Shown piece after piece: positions 1-12,059 of a stretch of DNA of 64,000 bases. This DNA comes from Hypanus sabinus (taxonomy: Eukaryota), in assembly GCF_030144855.1 (NCBI RefSeq), contig NC_082717.1, positions 3,782,001-3,846,000 on the forward strand. The letters are read 5' to 3'. Numbering within the stretch: position 1 is the stretch's first letter; every line of letters starts with the position of its first letter. The notes below the pieces were generated by a model. It was given only the letters and a program-made list of their open reading frames with translations, had not been told where the DNA came from and did not search any database. The position numbers and the translations under genes were made by a program.

Positions 1-205
1 GGAACAGTACAGAACTGGACAGGATATCTGGTCTTGATGTTGTGTTGACCTTGATGCTCATTTATGTTAAATATCCTCCTCCTATGTATCATTCATACCC
101 CTGCATTCCTTTTGTATTCACGTGTCTATCTAAAATCCTCCTAAGGTCAAACAAACTCCCTGCTCCACTACTACCCAGTAACCTGTTCCAGGCAGATACA
201 ATAGA
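1..205 (-). mobile_element. Degenerate CR1 LINE 3' end
   Basis: Resembles the 3' coding end and tail of better-preserved CR1 copies in the window. Confidence 0.5.
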
Positions 206-407
206 TTCCGGTTCACTGGGCTGTTGGTTAATCGTGGAGCTGTTCATTTGGAACACCTCTGAAATAACAAAAACTAATTGAGAAAGTAGACAGGATTCAT
301 TTTGTTTATTTGGGACACTATGTTGCATAATTGGGGCAGGAGGTTGTTGCTGAACAGTTTCTAACGAGTGTCAGTAGTATGCGCTTGTAAAGCCATTAAC
401 ATAATCA

Positions 408-997
408 TAAGACCATAAGATATAGAAGCAGAATTAGGTCATTTTGCCCATTGAGTCTACTCCATCATTTCATCATGGCTGATCCAGTTTCCTCTCAGCC
501 CCAAACTCCTGCCTTCTCCCCATATCCCTTCATGCCCTGACCAATCAAGAATCTGTCAAACTCTGCCTTATATATACATAAACACGGACTCCACAGCTGC
601 CCGTGGCAAAGAATTCCACAGATTCACCACTCACTGGCTAAAGAAATTCCTCCTCATCTCCATTCTAAAAGGATGCCTCTCTATTCTGAGGCTGTGTCCT
701 CTGGTCTCAGACTGTCCTCACCATGGGAAACATACTCTCCACATCCACTCTATCAAGGCCTTTCACCACTTGATAGTTTGTATTTAAATCACCCTTCAGT
801 ATTCTGAACTCTAGTGAATACAGTCCCAGAGCCATCAAACACACTTAGTATGACAAGCCATTCAATCCTGGAAACATTTTTGTGAAGGTACTTTGACCCC
901 TCTTCACTTTCAGCACATCCTTTCTAAGATAAGGCACCCAAAACTGCTCACAATAGTCCAAGTGAGGTCTCACCAGTGCCTTATAAAGACTCAACAT
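408..997 (-). mobile_element. CR1 LINE 3' fragment
   Basis: Tail (cataagaccataag); minus-strand translation includes LYKALVRPHLDYCEQFW.PYLRKD, the CR1 ORF2 C-terminal region. Confidence 0.85.
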
Positions 998-1003
998 TAC
1001 GTC

Positions 1004-2078
1004 CTGGGAAGTGGATGAAGACATAGCCTCAAGATTTGGGGGAGTAGATTTAGGGCGGAGATGAGATGGAACTGCTATAACTAATAAGTAATAAAAAAAA
1101 AGAAACACAAAAAAGAGAAGGAAAAAAAAAGGGGGGGGCTGTTTATAATATCTCACAAAAATAAGTATTCATCAATGCCGTCACTTCTGGTCCTCTCAAA
1201 ATACATAAGCTAAAAGCTGGGAAATCAAATGAACTTGGCACAGGGTCATATTACATCATATGAAAATGTTGAATAAATGGTCTCCATAACTTTTCAAATT
1301 TAATAGAAGTCTCAAAAGTACCACTTCTAATTTTTTCTAAATTTAAACATAACATAGTTTGAGAGAACCAATGAAATACAGTGGGAGGATCAATTTCTTT
1401 CCAATTCAACAATATAGATCTTCTAGCCATCAGAGTTAGAAATGCAATCATTCGACGAGCTGAAGAAGATAAATGCAGTGAGCCTAACATTGGTAAACCA
1501 AAAATTGCAGTAGTTATTTTTAATTAGTTATAGTATTATTAGTTATAGTTATTAGATTAGCTAGTTTTGCATTATAAATTTTTTTTTGTTTTTTTTTCCT
1601 TTTTCTGTTTTCTTTATATTATACATTATGAAATATTTAGATTTACTATGTCCATACATATATCTTATGGCTTAGGTCTTGGTAAACCCATATATATTGT
1701 AACTATTATGTATGTTTTTTTTCATATGTAATGGAATGTGTATGTTGGTAATTTCTTTATCAATATATCATTTGTATTTTGTCCATATTACTAATACTAA
1801 TAAAAAGATTTAGAAAGAAAGAGATGGAACTGCTTTTTCCGGAGAGTGGTCAATCTGTGGAATTCTCTGCCCAATAAGCAGTGGAGATTACCTCAGTAAA
1901 TATATTTAAGATCGGTTGGATAGATTTTTGCATGGTAGGGGAATTAAGGATTATGGGGAAAAGGCAGGTAGGTGGAGATGAGTCCATGGCCAGATCAGCC
2001 ATGACCTTACTGAATGACAGAGCAGGCTCGATGGGTCAGATGGCCGACTCCTGCTCCTATTTTTTACCTTCTTATGTT
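1004..2078 (+). mobile_element. CR1 3' end interrupted by an L1 insertion
   Basis: Host sequence is continuous across the insertion (..gagatggaactgct | ttttccggagagtggtcaatctgtggaattc..) and ends in a ttcttatgtt tail. Confidence 0.8.
1077..1820. mobile_element. L1-clade LINE, 5'-truncated and 5'-inverted, with 14-bp TSD
   Basis: TSD GAGATGGAACTGCT at 1063-1076 and 1821-1834. The segment ~1077-1511 carries an L1 ORF2 C-terminus on the minus strand (TAIFG..ARRSILLNWK..PP..W..LEKIR..F..LWRPF*). The segment ~1510-1820 is the 3'UTR on the plus strand, ending AATAAAAAGATTTAGAAAGAAA. Confidence 0.85.
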
Positions 2079-2089
2079 CATTCAAGGTG

Positions 2090-3308
2090 AGGTAGTAAAT
2101 TGTATTAGACAGTGGCTTTGTGGAAGAAGCCAGAGAGTGGTAGCAGATGGTTGGCTCTCTGACTAGAGGCCTGTGACTTGTGGTATACCAGGGATTGGTG
2201 CTGGGTCCATTGTTGTTTGTCATCTATATCAACTATCTGAATGATAATGTGGTTAACTGAATCAACAAACTTGCAGATGACACCAAAATTGAGGGTGTAA
2301 TGGATAGTGAGTTAGGCTATCTTGGCTTGCAGAGGGATTTACATCAGCTGAAGAAAATGGGCTGTAAAATGGCAAATGTAGACAAGTGTGAGGTGTTGAA
2401 CTTTGGTAGGGCTCTGAGGAGTGTGGTAGAACAAAGGGATCTGGGAATACAGGTCCATCATTCATTGAAAGTGGCAGCACACTGGGTCGTAAAGAAAGCT
2501 TTTGGCACATTGGCCTCATAAATTAAAGTATTGAGTACAGGAGATGGGTGTTAAGTTGAAGTTGTATAAGACATTTGTAAGGCCTAATTTGGAGTGCTGT
2601 GTGCAGTTTTAGTCATCAACCTACAGGAAAAATATAAATAAGGTTGACAGAATACAGAGAAAATTTACAAGGATGTTGCCGGGTCTAGAGGACCTGGGTT
2701 ATAAGGTACGATTGAGCACAAGGCCATAAAATATAAGAGCAGAATTAGGCCATTTGGCACTTCGAGTCTGTTCCGTCATTTCATCATGGCTGATCCAATC
2801 TTCCTCTCAGCACCAATCTCCTGCCTTCTCCCCATATACCTTCATACATTGACCAATCAGGAATCATATTACCTCTGCCTTAAATATACGCAAAGACTTG
2901 GCCTCCACAACTGACTGTGACAAATAATTCCATAGATTCACCACTTTCTTTTGAATAGGTTAGGACTTTGTTCCTTGGAATGTAAAAGGTTGAGAAGAGA
3001 TTCGATAGAGGTATTCAAAATTATGAGGAGAGTAAATCCTTTCCACAGAGGCTGGATGGGACTACAACCAGAAGTCATGAGGTAAAAGTAAAAGGTGAAA
3101 AATTTAAGGGGAACATGGGGGAAACTTCTTCACTCAGAGCGTTGTGAGAGTGTGGAATGAGCTGCCAGCACAAGTGGTGCATGCGAGCTTGATTTCAACA
3201 TTTAAGAGAAGTTTGGATAGGTTCATGGATAGCAGTGGTATGAAGGGCTATTCTGCCAGTGTGAGTAATGGGAGTAGGCAATTTAAATGGTTTCAGCATT
3301 GACTAGAT
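2090..3308 (+). mobile_element. Degenerate CR1 RT/3' region with a nested minus-strand CR1 3' end (~2716-2950)
   Basis: [10 protein letters not shown] and ADDTK-like motifs, degraded; a second CR1 tail is inserted in the opposite orientation. Confidence 0.8.
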
Positions 3309-3309
3309 G

Positions 3310-6072
3310 TGGAAGTTATGTCGATGTTATGATAGAGCTGAGGCTGAGCCAGCATGTTTACAAGTTGATGATGTAATATGAATGAAAGACAGGACAAGCC
3401 AATGACTGGGTGCAAATGCTGACAGAGTAATGAGTTATATTGTACCATGGGTGCAAAATTCAAAAGGGTAAAGGACTGAAGGTGCTGTATTTAAATGCAT
3501 GTAGCATTTGGAATAACGTGGATGAACCTGTGGTGCAATTAGAGATTGGTCAGTTTGACATTGTGGGCATCACTGAGTCGTGGCTGAAAGGCCATAGTTG
3601 GGAGCTTAAGTTCTAAGGATATATTTTATATCGGAAGGACAGGCAGGAAGGCATAGTTGGTGGTGTGGCTCTTGGTAAGGGATATAATTACATCTTTAGA
3701 AAGGGGTGACATAGGGTTAGAGAATGTTGAATCTTTGTGGGTGGAGCTAAAATGGGTAAAAATAACAACATTATTGGAATCATATATAGCCCTCCAAATA
3801 GTAGACAAGATGTGGGGTTGAGATTGCAAACGGAGCTGGAAAAAGCATGTAATAAGAGTAATGTCACAATTGTAATGAGGGACTTCAGTATGCAAGAGGA
3901 TTGGGAAAATCAGTTTGATGTTGGATCGTGAGAGGGAACATTTTTTGGCTGCCTATGAGGTGGCTTTTTAGAGCAGCTTGTGCTTGTGCCTACTTGGGGA
4001 AAGGCTATCTTAGTCTGGGTGTTGTGTCATAACCAAATCAAATTCTGGAGCTGAATGTAAAGTAACCCTGAGAAGGCAGTGATCATAACATGATTGAATT
4101 CATCCTGGAAGTCACATGTATCAGTATCGCAATGGAATAAAGGGATTTACAGAAGCCTGAGAGAGGAGCTTGCCCAGGTGGATTGGAGGAGGATACTGGC
4201 AGGAATGACGGCAGAGTAGAGATGGCTGAGTGTCTGGGAATTGTTCACAAGGCGCGGCGTAGATGTGTCCCACAGAGGAAGAAGTTCTCAGATGGGGTCG
4301 GCAACTGTGGCTGACAAGGGAAGTTAAGGACAGCATAAAAACCAAGGAAAAGGCATAAAAGTTAGCAAAAGTGAGTGGGAAGTTGGATGATTGGGAAGCT
4401 TTTGAAATCCAACAACAACAACTAAAAAAGCCATAAAAAGGGAAAAGATGAAATATGAGGGCAGACTAGGCAATAATATAAAGCAGGATACCAAGAGTTT
4501 TGTTTTTCAGTTACATAAAGAGTAAAAGAGGCGAGTAAAAGGAAGGTGAGAGTTGATATTGGACCACTGGAAAATGATGCTGGTGAGGTAGTAATGGGGG
4601 ACAAAGAAACGGCAGATGAACTTAATGGGTACTTTGCATCAGTCTTCACTGTGGAAGACACTAGCAGTGTGCCAGAGGTCTGTGAGTGTCAGGGTGCAGG
4701 AGTGAGTGGCATTGCTATTAGAAAGGAAAAATGGCCCGGCAAACTCAAATGTCAAGGTGGATAAGTCACCTGGAACAGATGGACCATCCCAGAGTCCTGA
4801 GAGAGGTTGGTGAAAAGATAACAGATGCATTGGTCAGGATTTTTCAAGAATCACTTGATTCTGGCATGGTCGCAGAGGACTTGAAGATTGCAAATGTCAC
4901 TCCACTCTTTAATGAGGGAGGAAGGCAAAAGAGAGGAAATTATCAGCCAGTTAGCCTCAGCTCAGCGGTTGGGTAAATGTTAGAGTCTGTCACTAAGGAT
5001 GTGGTTTCGTGGTACTTGGAGACTAATGATAAAATAAGTCAAAGTCAGCATCGTTTCTGTAAAGGGAAATCTTGCCTGACAAATCTGTTCGAGTTCTTTG
5101 AGGAAGTGACAGGCAGAGTGGACAAAGGAGAGGCAGTGGATGTCATTTACTTGGATTTTCAGAAGGCGTTTGATAAGGTACCACACACGGGGCTGTTTAA
5201 CAAGATTAAATCCTATTTAATTATAGGAAAGATACTGGCGTGGATAGCAGAATGGCTGACTGGCAGGAGGCAGCGAGTGGGAATAAAAGGGGCCCTTTCT
5301 GATTGACTGCTGATGGCTAGTGGTGTTCCTCGGGGGTCAGTATTGGGACCACTACTTGTCACATTGTTTGTCAATGATTTGGATAATGGAATTGATGGCT
5401 TTGTGGCAAAGTTGATATGATATGAAGATAGGTGGAGGGTAAGTAGTACTGAGGAAGCAATGCGATTCGAGCTGGAGTTAGACAAATTGGAAGAGTGGGC
5501 AAAAAAGTAGCAGATGGAATATAGTGTTGGGAAATGTATGTTAATGCATTTTGGTAAAAGGAACAATAGTGTGGATTATTATTTAAATTGGGAGAAGGTT
5601 CAAACATCAGAGGTGCAGAGGGATTTAGAAGTCCTCATGCAAGACTCCCAGAAGGTTAAATTACAGGTTGAGTCTGTGGTAAGGAAAGAAAATGCAAACT
5701 TGACATTTATTTTAAGGGGTATAGAACATAAATCAAGTAGATAGTGCTGAGCCTTTATAAGACATTAGTCAGGCTGCACTTAGAATATTGTCAGCAGTTT
5801 TAGGCCCCATATCTCAGAAAGGATGTGTTGTCATTGGAGAGAGTCCAGAGGAGATTCATGAAGATGATTCCAGGATTGAAGGGGTTCACATACGAGGAGT
5901 GTTTGGCAGATTTGGTCCTGCACTTACTGGAATTTAGAAGTATGCAGTTGGACCTCATTGAAACCTATTGAATGTTGGAAGGACTAGACAGGGTGGATGT
6001 GGAGAGGATGTTTCCTCTGGCGGGTGTATCCAGAGCTAGAAGGCACAGACTTAAAGTTGAGGGGCACCTTTT
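3310..6072 (+). mobile_element. CR1 LINE ORF2 (APE endonuclease + RT), pseudogenised
   Basis: Fragments in several frames: IIGIIYSPPNS, DELNGYFASVFTVE, GNYQPVSL, KGKSCLTNLFEFFEEVT..YLDFQKAFDKVPH; many stops and frameshifts. Confidence 0.9.
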
Positions 6073-9000
6073 ACATAGAACATAGAACATAGAATAATAC
6101 AGCACATTACAGGCCTTTGGCCTATAATGTTGTGCCGACCCTCAAACCCTGCCTCCCATATAACCCCCCACCTTAAATTCCTCCATATACCTGTCTAGTA
6201 GTCTCTTAAACTTCACTAGTGTGTCTGCTTCCACCACTGACTCAGGCAGTGCATTCCACACACCAACCACTCTGAATGAAAAATCATCCTCTAATATCCC
6301 TCTTGAACTTCCCTCCCCTCACCATAAAGACATGTCCTCTTGTACTGAGCAGTGGTGCCCTGGGGAAGAGGCGCTGGCTGTCCACTCTGTCTATTCCTTT
6401 TAATATCTTGCACACCTCTATCATGTCTCCTCTCATCCTCCTTCTCTCCAAAGAGTAAAGCCCCAGCTCCCTTAATCTCTGATCATAATCCATATTCTCT
6501 AAACCAGGCAGCATCCTGGTAAATCTTCTCTGTACCTTTTCCAATGCTTCCACATCCTTCCTATACTGAGATGACCAGAAATGGACACAGTTCTCCAAGT
6601 GTGGCCTAACTAGAGTTTTATATCATTACATCGCATCTCTTAAACTCTATCCCTCGATTTATGAAAGCTAACACCCCATAAACTTTCTTAACCACCCTAT
6701 CTAACTGTGAGGCAACTTTCAGGGATCTGTGGACATGTACTCCCAGATCCCTCTGCTCCTCCACACTACCAAGTATCCTGCCATTTACTTTGTACTCTGC
6801 CTTGGAGTTTGTCCTTCCAAAGTGTACCACCTCACACTTCTCTGGGTTGAACTCCATTTGCCACTTCTCAGCCCACTTCTGCATCCTATCAATGTCTCTC
6901 TGCAATCTTTGACAATCCTCTACACTATCTACAAAACCACCAACCTTTGTGTTCTCTGCAAACTTGCCAACCCACCCTTCTACCCCCACATCCAGGTCGT
7001 TAATAAAAATCACAAAAAGTAGAGGTCCCAGAACAGATCCTTGTGGGACACCACTAGTCACAACCCTCCAGTCTTAATGTATTCCCTACACCATGACCCT
7101 CTGCCTTCTGTAGGCAAGCCAATTCTGAATCCACCTGGCCAAACTTCCCTGGATCCCATGTCTTCTGACTTTCTCAATAAGCCTACTGTGTGAAACCTTG
7201 TCAAATGCCTTACTAAAATCCATGTAGATCACATCCACTGCACTACCCTCATCTATATGCCTGGTCACCTCCTCAAAGAACTCTATCAGGCTTGTTAGGC
7301 ATGATCTGCCCTTCACAAAGCCATGCAGACTGTCCCTGATCAGACCATGATTCTCTCAATGCCCATAGATCCTATCTCTAAGAATCTTTTCCAACAGCTT
7401 TCCCACCACAGATGTAAGGCTCACTGGTCTATAATTACCTGGACTATCCCTACTACCTTTTTTGAACAAGGGGACAACATTCACCTCCCTCCAATCCACC
7501 GGTACCGTTCCTGTGGACAACGAGGACATAAAGATCCTAGCCAGAGGTTCAGCAATCTCTTCCCTTGCCTCGTGGAGCAGCCTGGGGAATATTCCATCAG
7601 GCCATGGTGACTTATCCGTCCTAATGTATTTTAACAACTCCAACACCTCCTCACCCTTAATATCAACATGCTCCAGAACATCAACCTCACTCATATTGTC
7701 CTCACCGTCATCAAGTTCCCTCTCATTGGTGAATACCGAAGAGAAGTATTCATTGAGGACCTCGCTCACTTCCACAGCCTCCAGGCACATCTTCCCACTT
7801 TTATCTCTAATCGGTCCTACCTTCACTCCTGTCATCCTTTTGTTTTTCACATAACTGAAGAATGCCTTGGGGTTTTCCTTTACCCTACTCACCAAGGCCT
7901 TCTCATGCCCCCTTCTTGCTCTTCTTAGCCCCTTCTTAAGCTCCTTTCTTGCTACCCTATATTCCTCAATAGACCCATCTGATCCTTGCTCCCTAAACCT
8001 CATGTATGCTGCCTTCTTCCACCTGACTAGATTTTCTACTTCACTTGTCACCCATGGCTCTTTCACCCTACCATTCTTTATCTTCCTCACCGGGACAAAT
8101 TTATCCCTAACATCCTGCAAGAGACCCTTAAACATTGACCACATGTCCATAGTACATTTCCCTGCAAAAACATCATCCCAATTCACACCTGCAAGTTCTA
8201 GCCTTGTAGCCTCATAATTTGCCCTTCCCCAATTAAAAATTTTCCTGTCCTCTCTGATTCTATCCTTTCCCATGATAATGCTAAAGGTCAGGGAGCAGTG
8301 ATCACTGTCCCCCAGATGCTCACCCACTGACAGATCTGTGACCTGACCTGGTTCGTTACCTAATACTAGATCTAATATGGCATTCCCCCTAGTCAGCCTG
8401 TCAACATACTGTGACAGGGATCCATCCTGGACACACTTAACAAACGCTGCCCCGTCTAAATCCTTGGAACTAATCAGGTGCCAATCAATATTAGGGAAGT
8501 TAAAGTCACCCATGATAACAATCCTGTTATTTTTGCACCTTTCCAAAATCTGCTTCCCAATCTGCTCCTCGGTATCTGCTGCTACCAGGGGGCCTATAGA
8601 ATACCCCCAGTAGAGTAACTGCTCCCTTCCTGTTCCTGACTTCCACCCATACTGACTCAAAAGAGGATCCTGCTACATTACCCACCCTTTCTGCAGCTGT
8701 AATAGTATCCCTGACCAGTAATGCCACCCCTCCTCCCTTCCCCCCCCCCCCCCACCAATCCCTTTTAAAGCAATGAAATCCAGGAATATTGAGAATCCAT
8801 TCCTGCTCTGGTGCCAGCCAAGTCTCTGTAATGGCCACTACATCATAATTCCATGTATGTATCCAAGCTCTCAGTTCATCACCTTTGTTCCTGATGCTTC
8901 TTGCATTGAAGTACACACACTTTAGCACTTCTACCTTACTACCTTTTCACCCTTTATTCTGCTCCTCTTTCCTCAAAGCCTATCTATATGTTAGATCTGG

Positions 9001-9270
9001 CTTTACTCCATGAACTTCTTTCACTGTTCTATCACTCCGGGTCCCATCCCCCTTGCAAATTAGTCTAAACCCTCCCAAACTATGCTGGCAAATCTACCAG
9101 CGAGGATATTGCTCCCCCTTGAGTTCAGGTGCAACCCATCCAATCTGTACAGGTCCCACCTTCCCCAGAAGAGATCCCAATGGTCCAAAAATCTAAAACC
9201 CTGCCCCCTGCACCAATTCCTCAGCCACGCATTTAACTGCCATCTCCTTCAATTCTTGCCATCACTTCTT
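6073..9270 (-). mobile_element. Near full-length CR1 LINE (ORF1 esterase end + ORF2 EN/RT), frameshifted
   Basis: ORF track 8527-8928 (YFNARSIRNK, ETW endonuclease), 7356-8660 (GDFNFPNIDW, LDLVL, SDH), 7086-7316 and 6618-7061 ([19 protein letters not shown]); ORF1 SGNH end (DGLHLN) at ~9100-9200; (catagaa)n tail at 6073-6095. Confidence 0.93.
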
Positions 9271-9539
9271 AATTCCAGGGGGTACAGTCCCAGAGCCATC
9301 ACATGCTGCTCATTTTGCTTCTGGAATCATTCTTGTGAACCTCCTCTGGACTCTCTGCAATCCCAGCATATCTTTTTTCTTAGAGAAGGGGCCAAAATCT
9401 CCTCAAAATACATTGTTTTAATCATGCCTGTAGTCCAGTCGATGTCCGGTTTTATTCAGATGGTATCTGCTGTTCCTCTGGGTGCTTTTGTCTTTCAGCA
9501 CCTGAGTCCGTGCAATGGTTGTCCCTCACCTTGCATTGG

Positions 9540-11235
9540 TACTTTGGATCTGTGTTCACTAGGGAAGACACAAACAATCTCCCAGATGCAATAGTGATCA
9601 AAGGAACCAGGGTAAAGGATGAACTGAAGGAAATTTATATTAGGCAAGAAACGGTGTTGGATAGACCGTTGAGTCTGAAGGCTTTAAGTCCCCGGGACCT
9701 GATGGTCTGCATCCCAGGGTACTTAAAGAGGTGGCTCTAGAAATTGTGGATGCATTGGTAATCATTTTCCAATGTTCTATAGATTCAGGAACAGTTCCTG
9801 CTGATTGGAAGGTGGGAGAGAGAAAACAGGGAATTATACACCGGTTAGCCTGACGTCAGGGATGGGAAAGATGCTGGAGTCAATTATAAAAGAGGAAATT
9901 ACGACACATTTGGATAGCAGTAGAAGGATCAGTCCGAGTCAGCATGGATTTATGAAGGGAAAATCATGCTTGGTTAATCTTCTGGAGTTTTTTGAGGATG
10001 TATCTATGAAAATGGACAAGGGAGAGCCAGAGGATGTAGTGTACCTGGACTTCCAGAAAGCTTTTGATAAAGTCCCACATAGGAGATTAGTGGGCAAAAT
10101 TAGGGCACATGGTATTGGGGGCAGAGTACTGACATGGATTGAAAATTGGCTGGCTGACAGGAAACAAAGAGCTGTGATTAACGGGTCCCTTTTGGAATGG
10201 CAGGCTGTGACCAGTGGGGTACTGCAAGGTTCGGTGCTGGGACCACAGCTGTTTACAATATACATTAATGATTTAGATGAAGGGATTAAAAGTAACATTA
10301 GCAAATTTGCTGATGACACAAAGCTGGGTGGCAGTGTGAAATGTCAGGAGGATGTTATGAGAATGCAGGGTGACTTGGACAGGTTGGGTGAGTGGGCAAA
10401 TGTATGGCAGATGCAGTTTAATGTGGATAAATGTGAGGTTATCCACTTTGGTGGCAAGAACAGGAAGGCAGATTACTATCTAAATGGAGTCAAGTTAGGA
10501 AAAGGGGAAGTATGACGAGATCTAGGTGTTCTTGTAGATCAGTCAATGAAAGCAAGCATGCAGGTACAGCAGGCAGTGAAGAAAGCTAATGGCATGCTGG
10601 CCTTCATAACAAGAGGAATTGAGTATAGGAGTAAAGAGGTCCTTCTGCAGCTGTACAGGGCCCTGGTGAGACCCCACCTGGAGTATTGTCTGCAGTTTTG
10701 GTCTCCAAATTTGAGGAAGGACATTCTTGCTATTGAGGGAGTGCAGCGTAGGTTCACAAGGTTAATTCCCGGAATGGTGGGACTGTCATATGTTGAAAGA
10801 TTGGAGCAACTGGGCTTGTATACACTGGAATTTAGAAGGATGAGAGGGGATCTGATTGAAACATATAAGATTATTAAGGGATTGGACACACTGGAGGCAG
10901 GAAGCATGTTCCCGCTGATGGGTGAGTCCAGAACTAGAGGCCACAGTTTAAGAATAAGGCGTAGGCCATTTAGAACAGAGATGCAGAAAAACTTTTTCAC
11001 CCAGAGAGCGGTGGATATGTGGAATGCTCTGCCCCAGAAGGCAGTGGAGGCCAAGTCTCTGGATGCATTCAAGAGAGAATAAGATAGAGCTCTTATAGAT
11101 AGCGGGGTCAAGGGATATGGGGAGAGGGCAAGAACGGGGTACTGATTGTGTATGATCAGCCATGATCACAGTGAATGGTGGTGCTGGCTAGAAGGGCCAA
11201 ATGGCCTACTCCTGCACCTACTGTCTATTGTCTAT
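9540..11235 (+). mobile_element. Well-preserved 5'-truncated CR1 LINE (RT)
   Basis: ORFs 9805-10515 and 10546-11082 are in the same frame, separated by one TGA; motifs DFQKAFDKVPH, QGSVLGPQLF, FADDTKLGG; ctattgt tail. Confidence 0.93.
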
Positions 11236-11488
11236 AGTCTATTCATCTATTCACAGACAAGGACATCACTGGTAATAGCAGTATTTATCCTTTTAACCTG
11301 ATTACCCCTGAACCCAGGAGCCAGTGAAGAGAAATGCTCTCTGTTCAGTTAAAAAATCAGTTTGTCCTACTCTTTATACTGCAGCAGAAACTAATAATAG
11401 CAGGCATTTCTATAAAACTAAAAACATGGTGTTATTGTTATTTGTACAGAGACGTGATTGGAAAACAGAACCAACATGAAGTACTCAC

Positions 11489-11851
11489 TGGTCACGTTCA
11501 GCTGGGTTCCCTTTCCAAAGATCGAGCCCCAAATGCCACAGATGTAAAGTTTAGAGTCGGTGATCCTCACGTTGCTGATGGTCAGTGAGTAGCTGTTGGT
11601 GGTGACATTCCTGGAAAGCTGAAATCGATCAGAGAAGCCCTTTGATCTGTGAACGTGGCCATTAACGTAAAGACTAAGGATGGCTCCTTCAGCTGTCAGT
11701 TTATTGCGTGAGTTGTACCAGAATACATCGTATTTATCCACAGTGTAATCCGCATGGTCACTCTTCAGGACACACTGTATCTGCACCGTTCCATCTTCAC
11801 GCACCTTCACAACTCCTGGTGATTGGATCAGGTCTGTCTCTGCATTTACAC
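11489..11851 (-). CDS. Exon 2: germline-joined VJ-type Ig V domain of a non-rearranging antigen-receptor-like IgSF gene
   Basis: Acceptor ctgcccacAG|GT GTA AAT GCA at 11852/11851 and donor ACC A|GTGAGT at 11489/11488; 363 nt, phase 1 at both ends, no stops. Translation: (G)VNA-ETDLIQSPGVVKVREDGTVQIQC...VFWY...GFSDRFQLSR...SLTISNV..TDSKLYIC-GIWGSI-FGKGTQLNVT. It has the B-strand Cys, C-strand Trp, D-x-x-x-Y-x-C motif and J-type FGxGT motif. Confidence 0.93.
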
Positions 11852-12059
11852 CTGTGGGCAGTAAACAGCTGAAGGTCAGGGCAGATAAAGAACCACAAAA
11901 ACAATCATAGTGATTTGAAACCAAAGGCACCATATTAACAAATATTTTGCACATTGATATCAGTTTGCAGTCTGGTTCTTTCCATCCTTTGTTCAGTTCT
12001 TTCACTTCGTTCTGAACCGACCAACAATCCATGGTTGTTGCAGCCAGCACAAATTTCAA

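Noticed and set aside
6073-9270. Active autonomous CR1
   Set aside because: ORF2 is split by frameshifts and ORF1 is 5'-truncated; no copy in the window is intact.
9425-9535. Possible GIY-YIG scrap (HLNKTGHRLDY on the minus strand)
   Set aside because: Too short and degenerate to call.
10539-11111. 190-aa antisense ORF (and similar ORFs at 7462-8217, 9939-10319, 48040-48480)
   Set aside because: Shadow frames opposite CR1 ORF2; they recur in every copy and have no independent features.
11739-11745. RSS heptamer CACAGTG inside the V exon
   Set aside because: No nonamer at 12- or 23-bp spacing, and it lies in the CDR1 region rather than at the V end.
11489-11851. Assigning a gene symbol (CD8B, IGL, TRG, VPREB, NCR3)
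   Set aside because: Motifs are shared among several families and the diagnostic downstream exons are not visible; this needs a phylogeny.
11895-11903. Nonamer-like ACAAAAACA just upstream of the V exon
   Set aside because: No CAC-starting heptamer 12 or 23 bp away, and the position is wrong for a V or J RSS.
11418-12059. 213-aa single-exon ORF from the ORF track as the true protein
   Set aside because: The first ~70 and last ~22 residues are intron read-through. Canonical splice sites delimit 11489-11851, and the ORF N-terminus is not a signal peptide.
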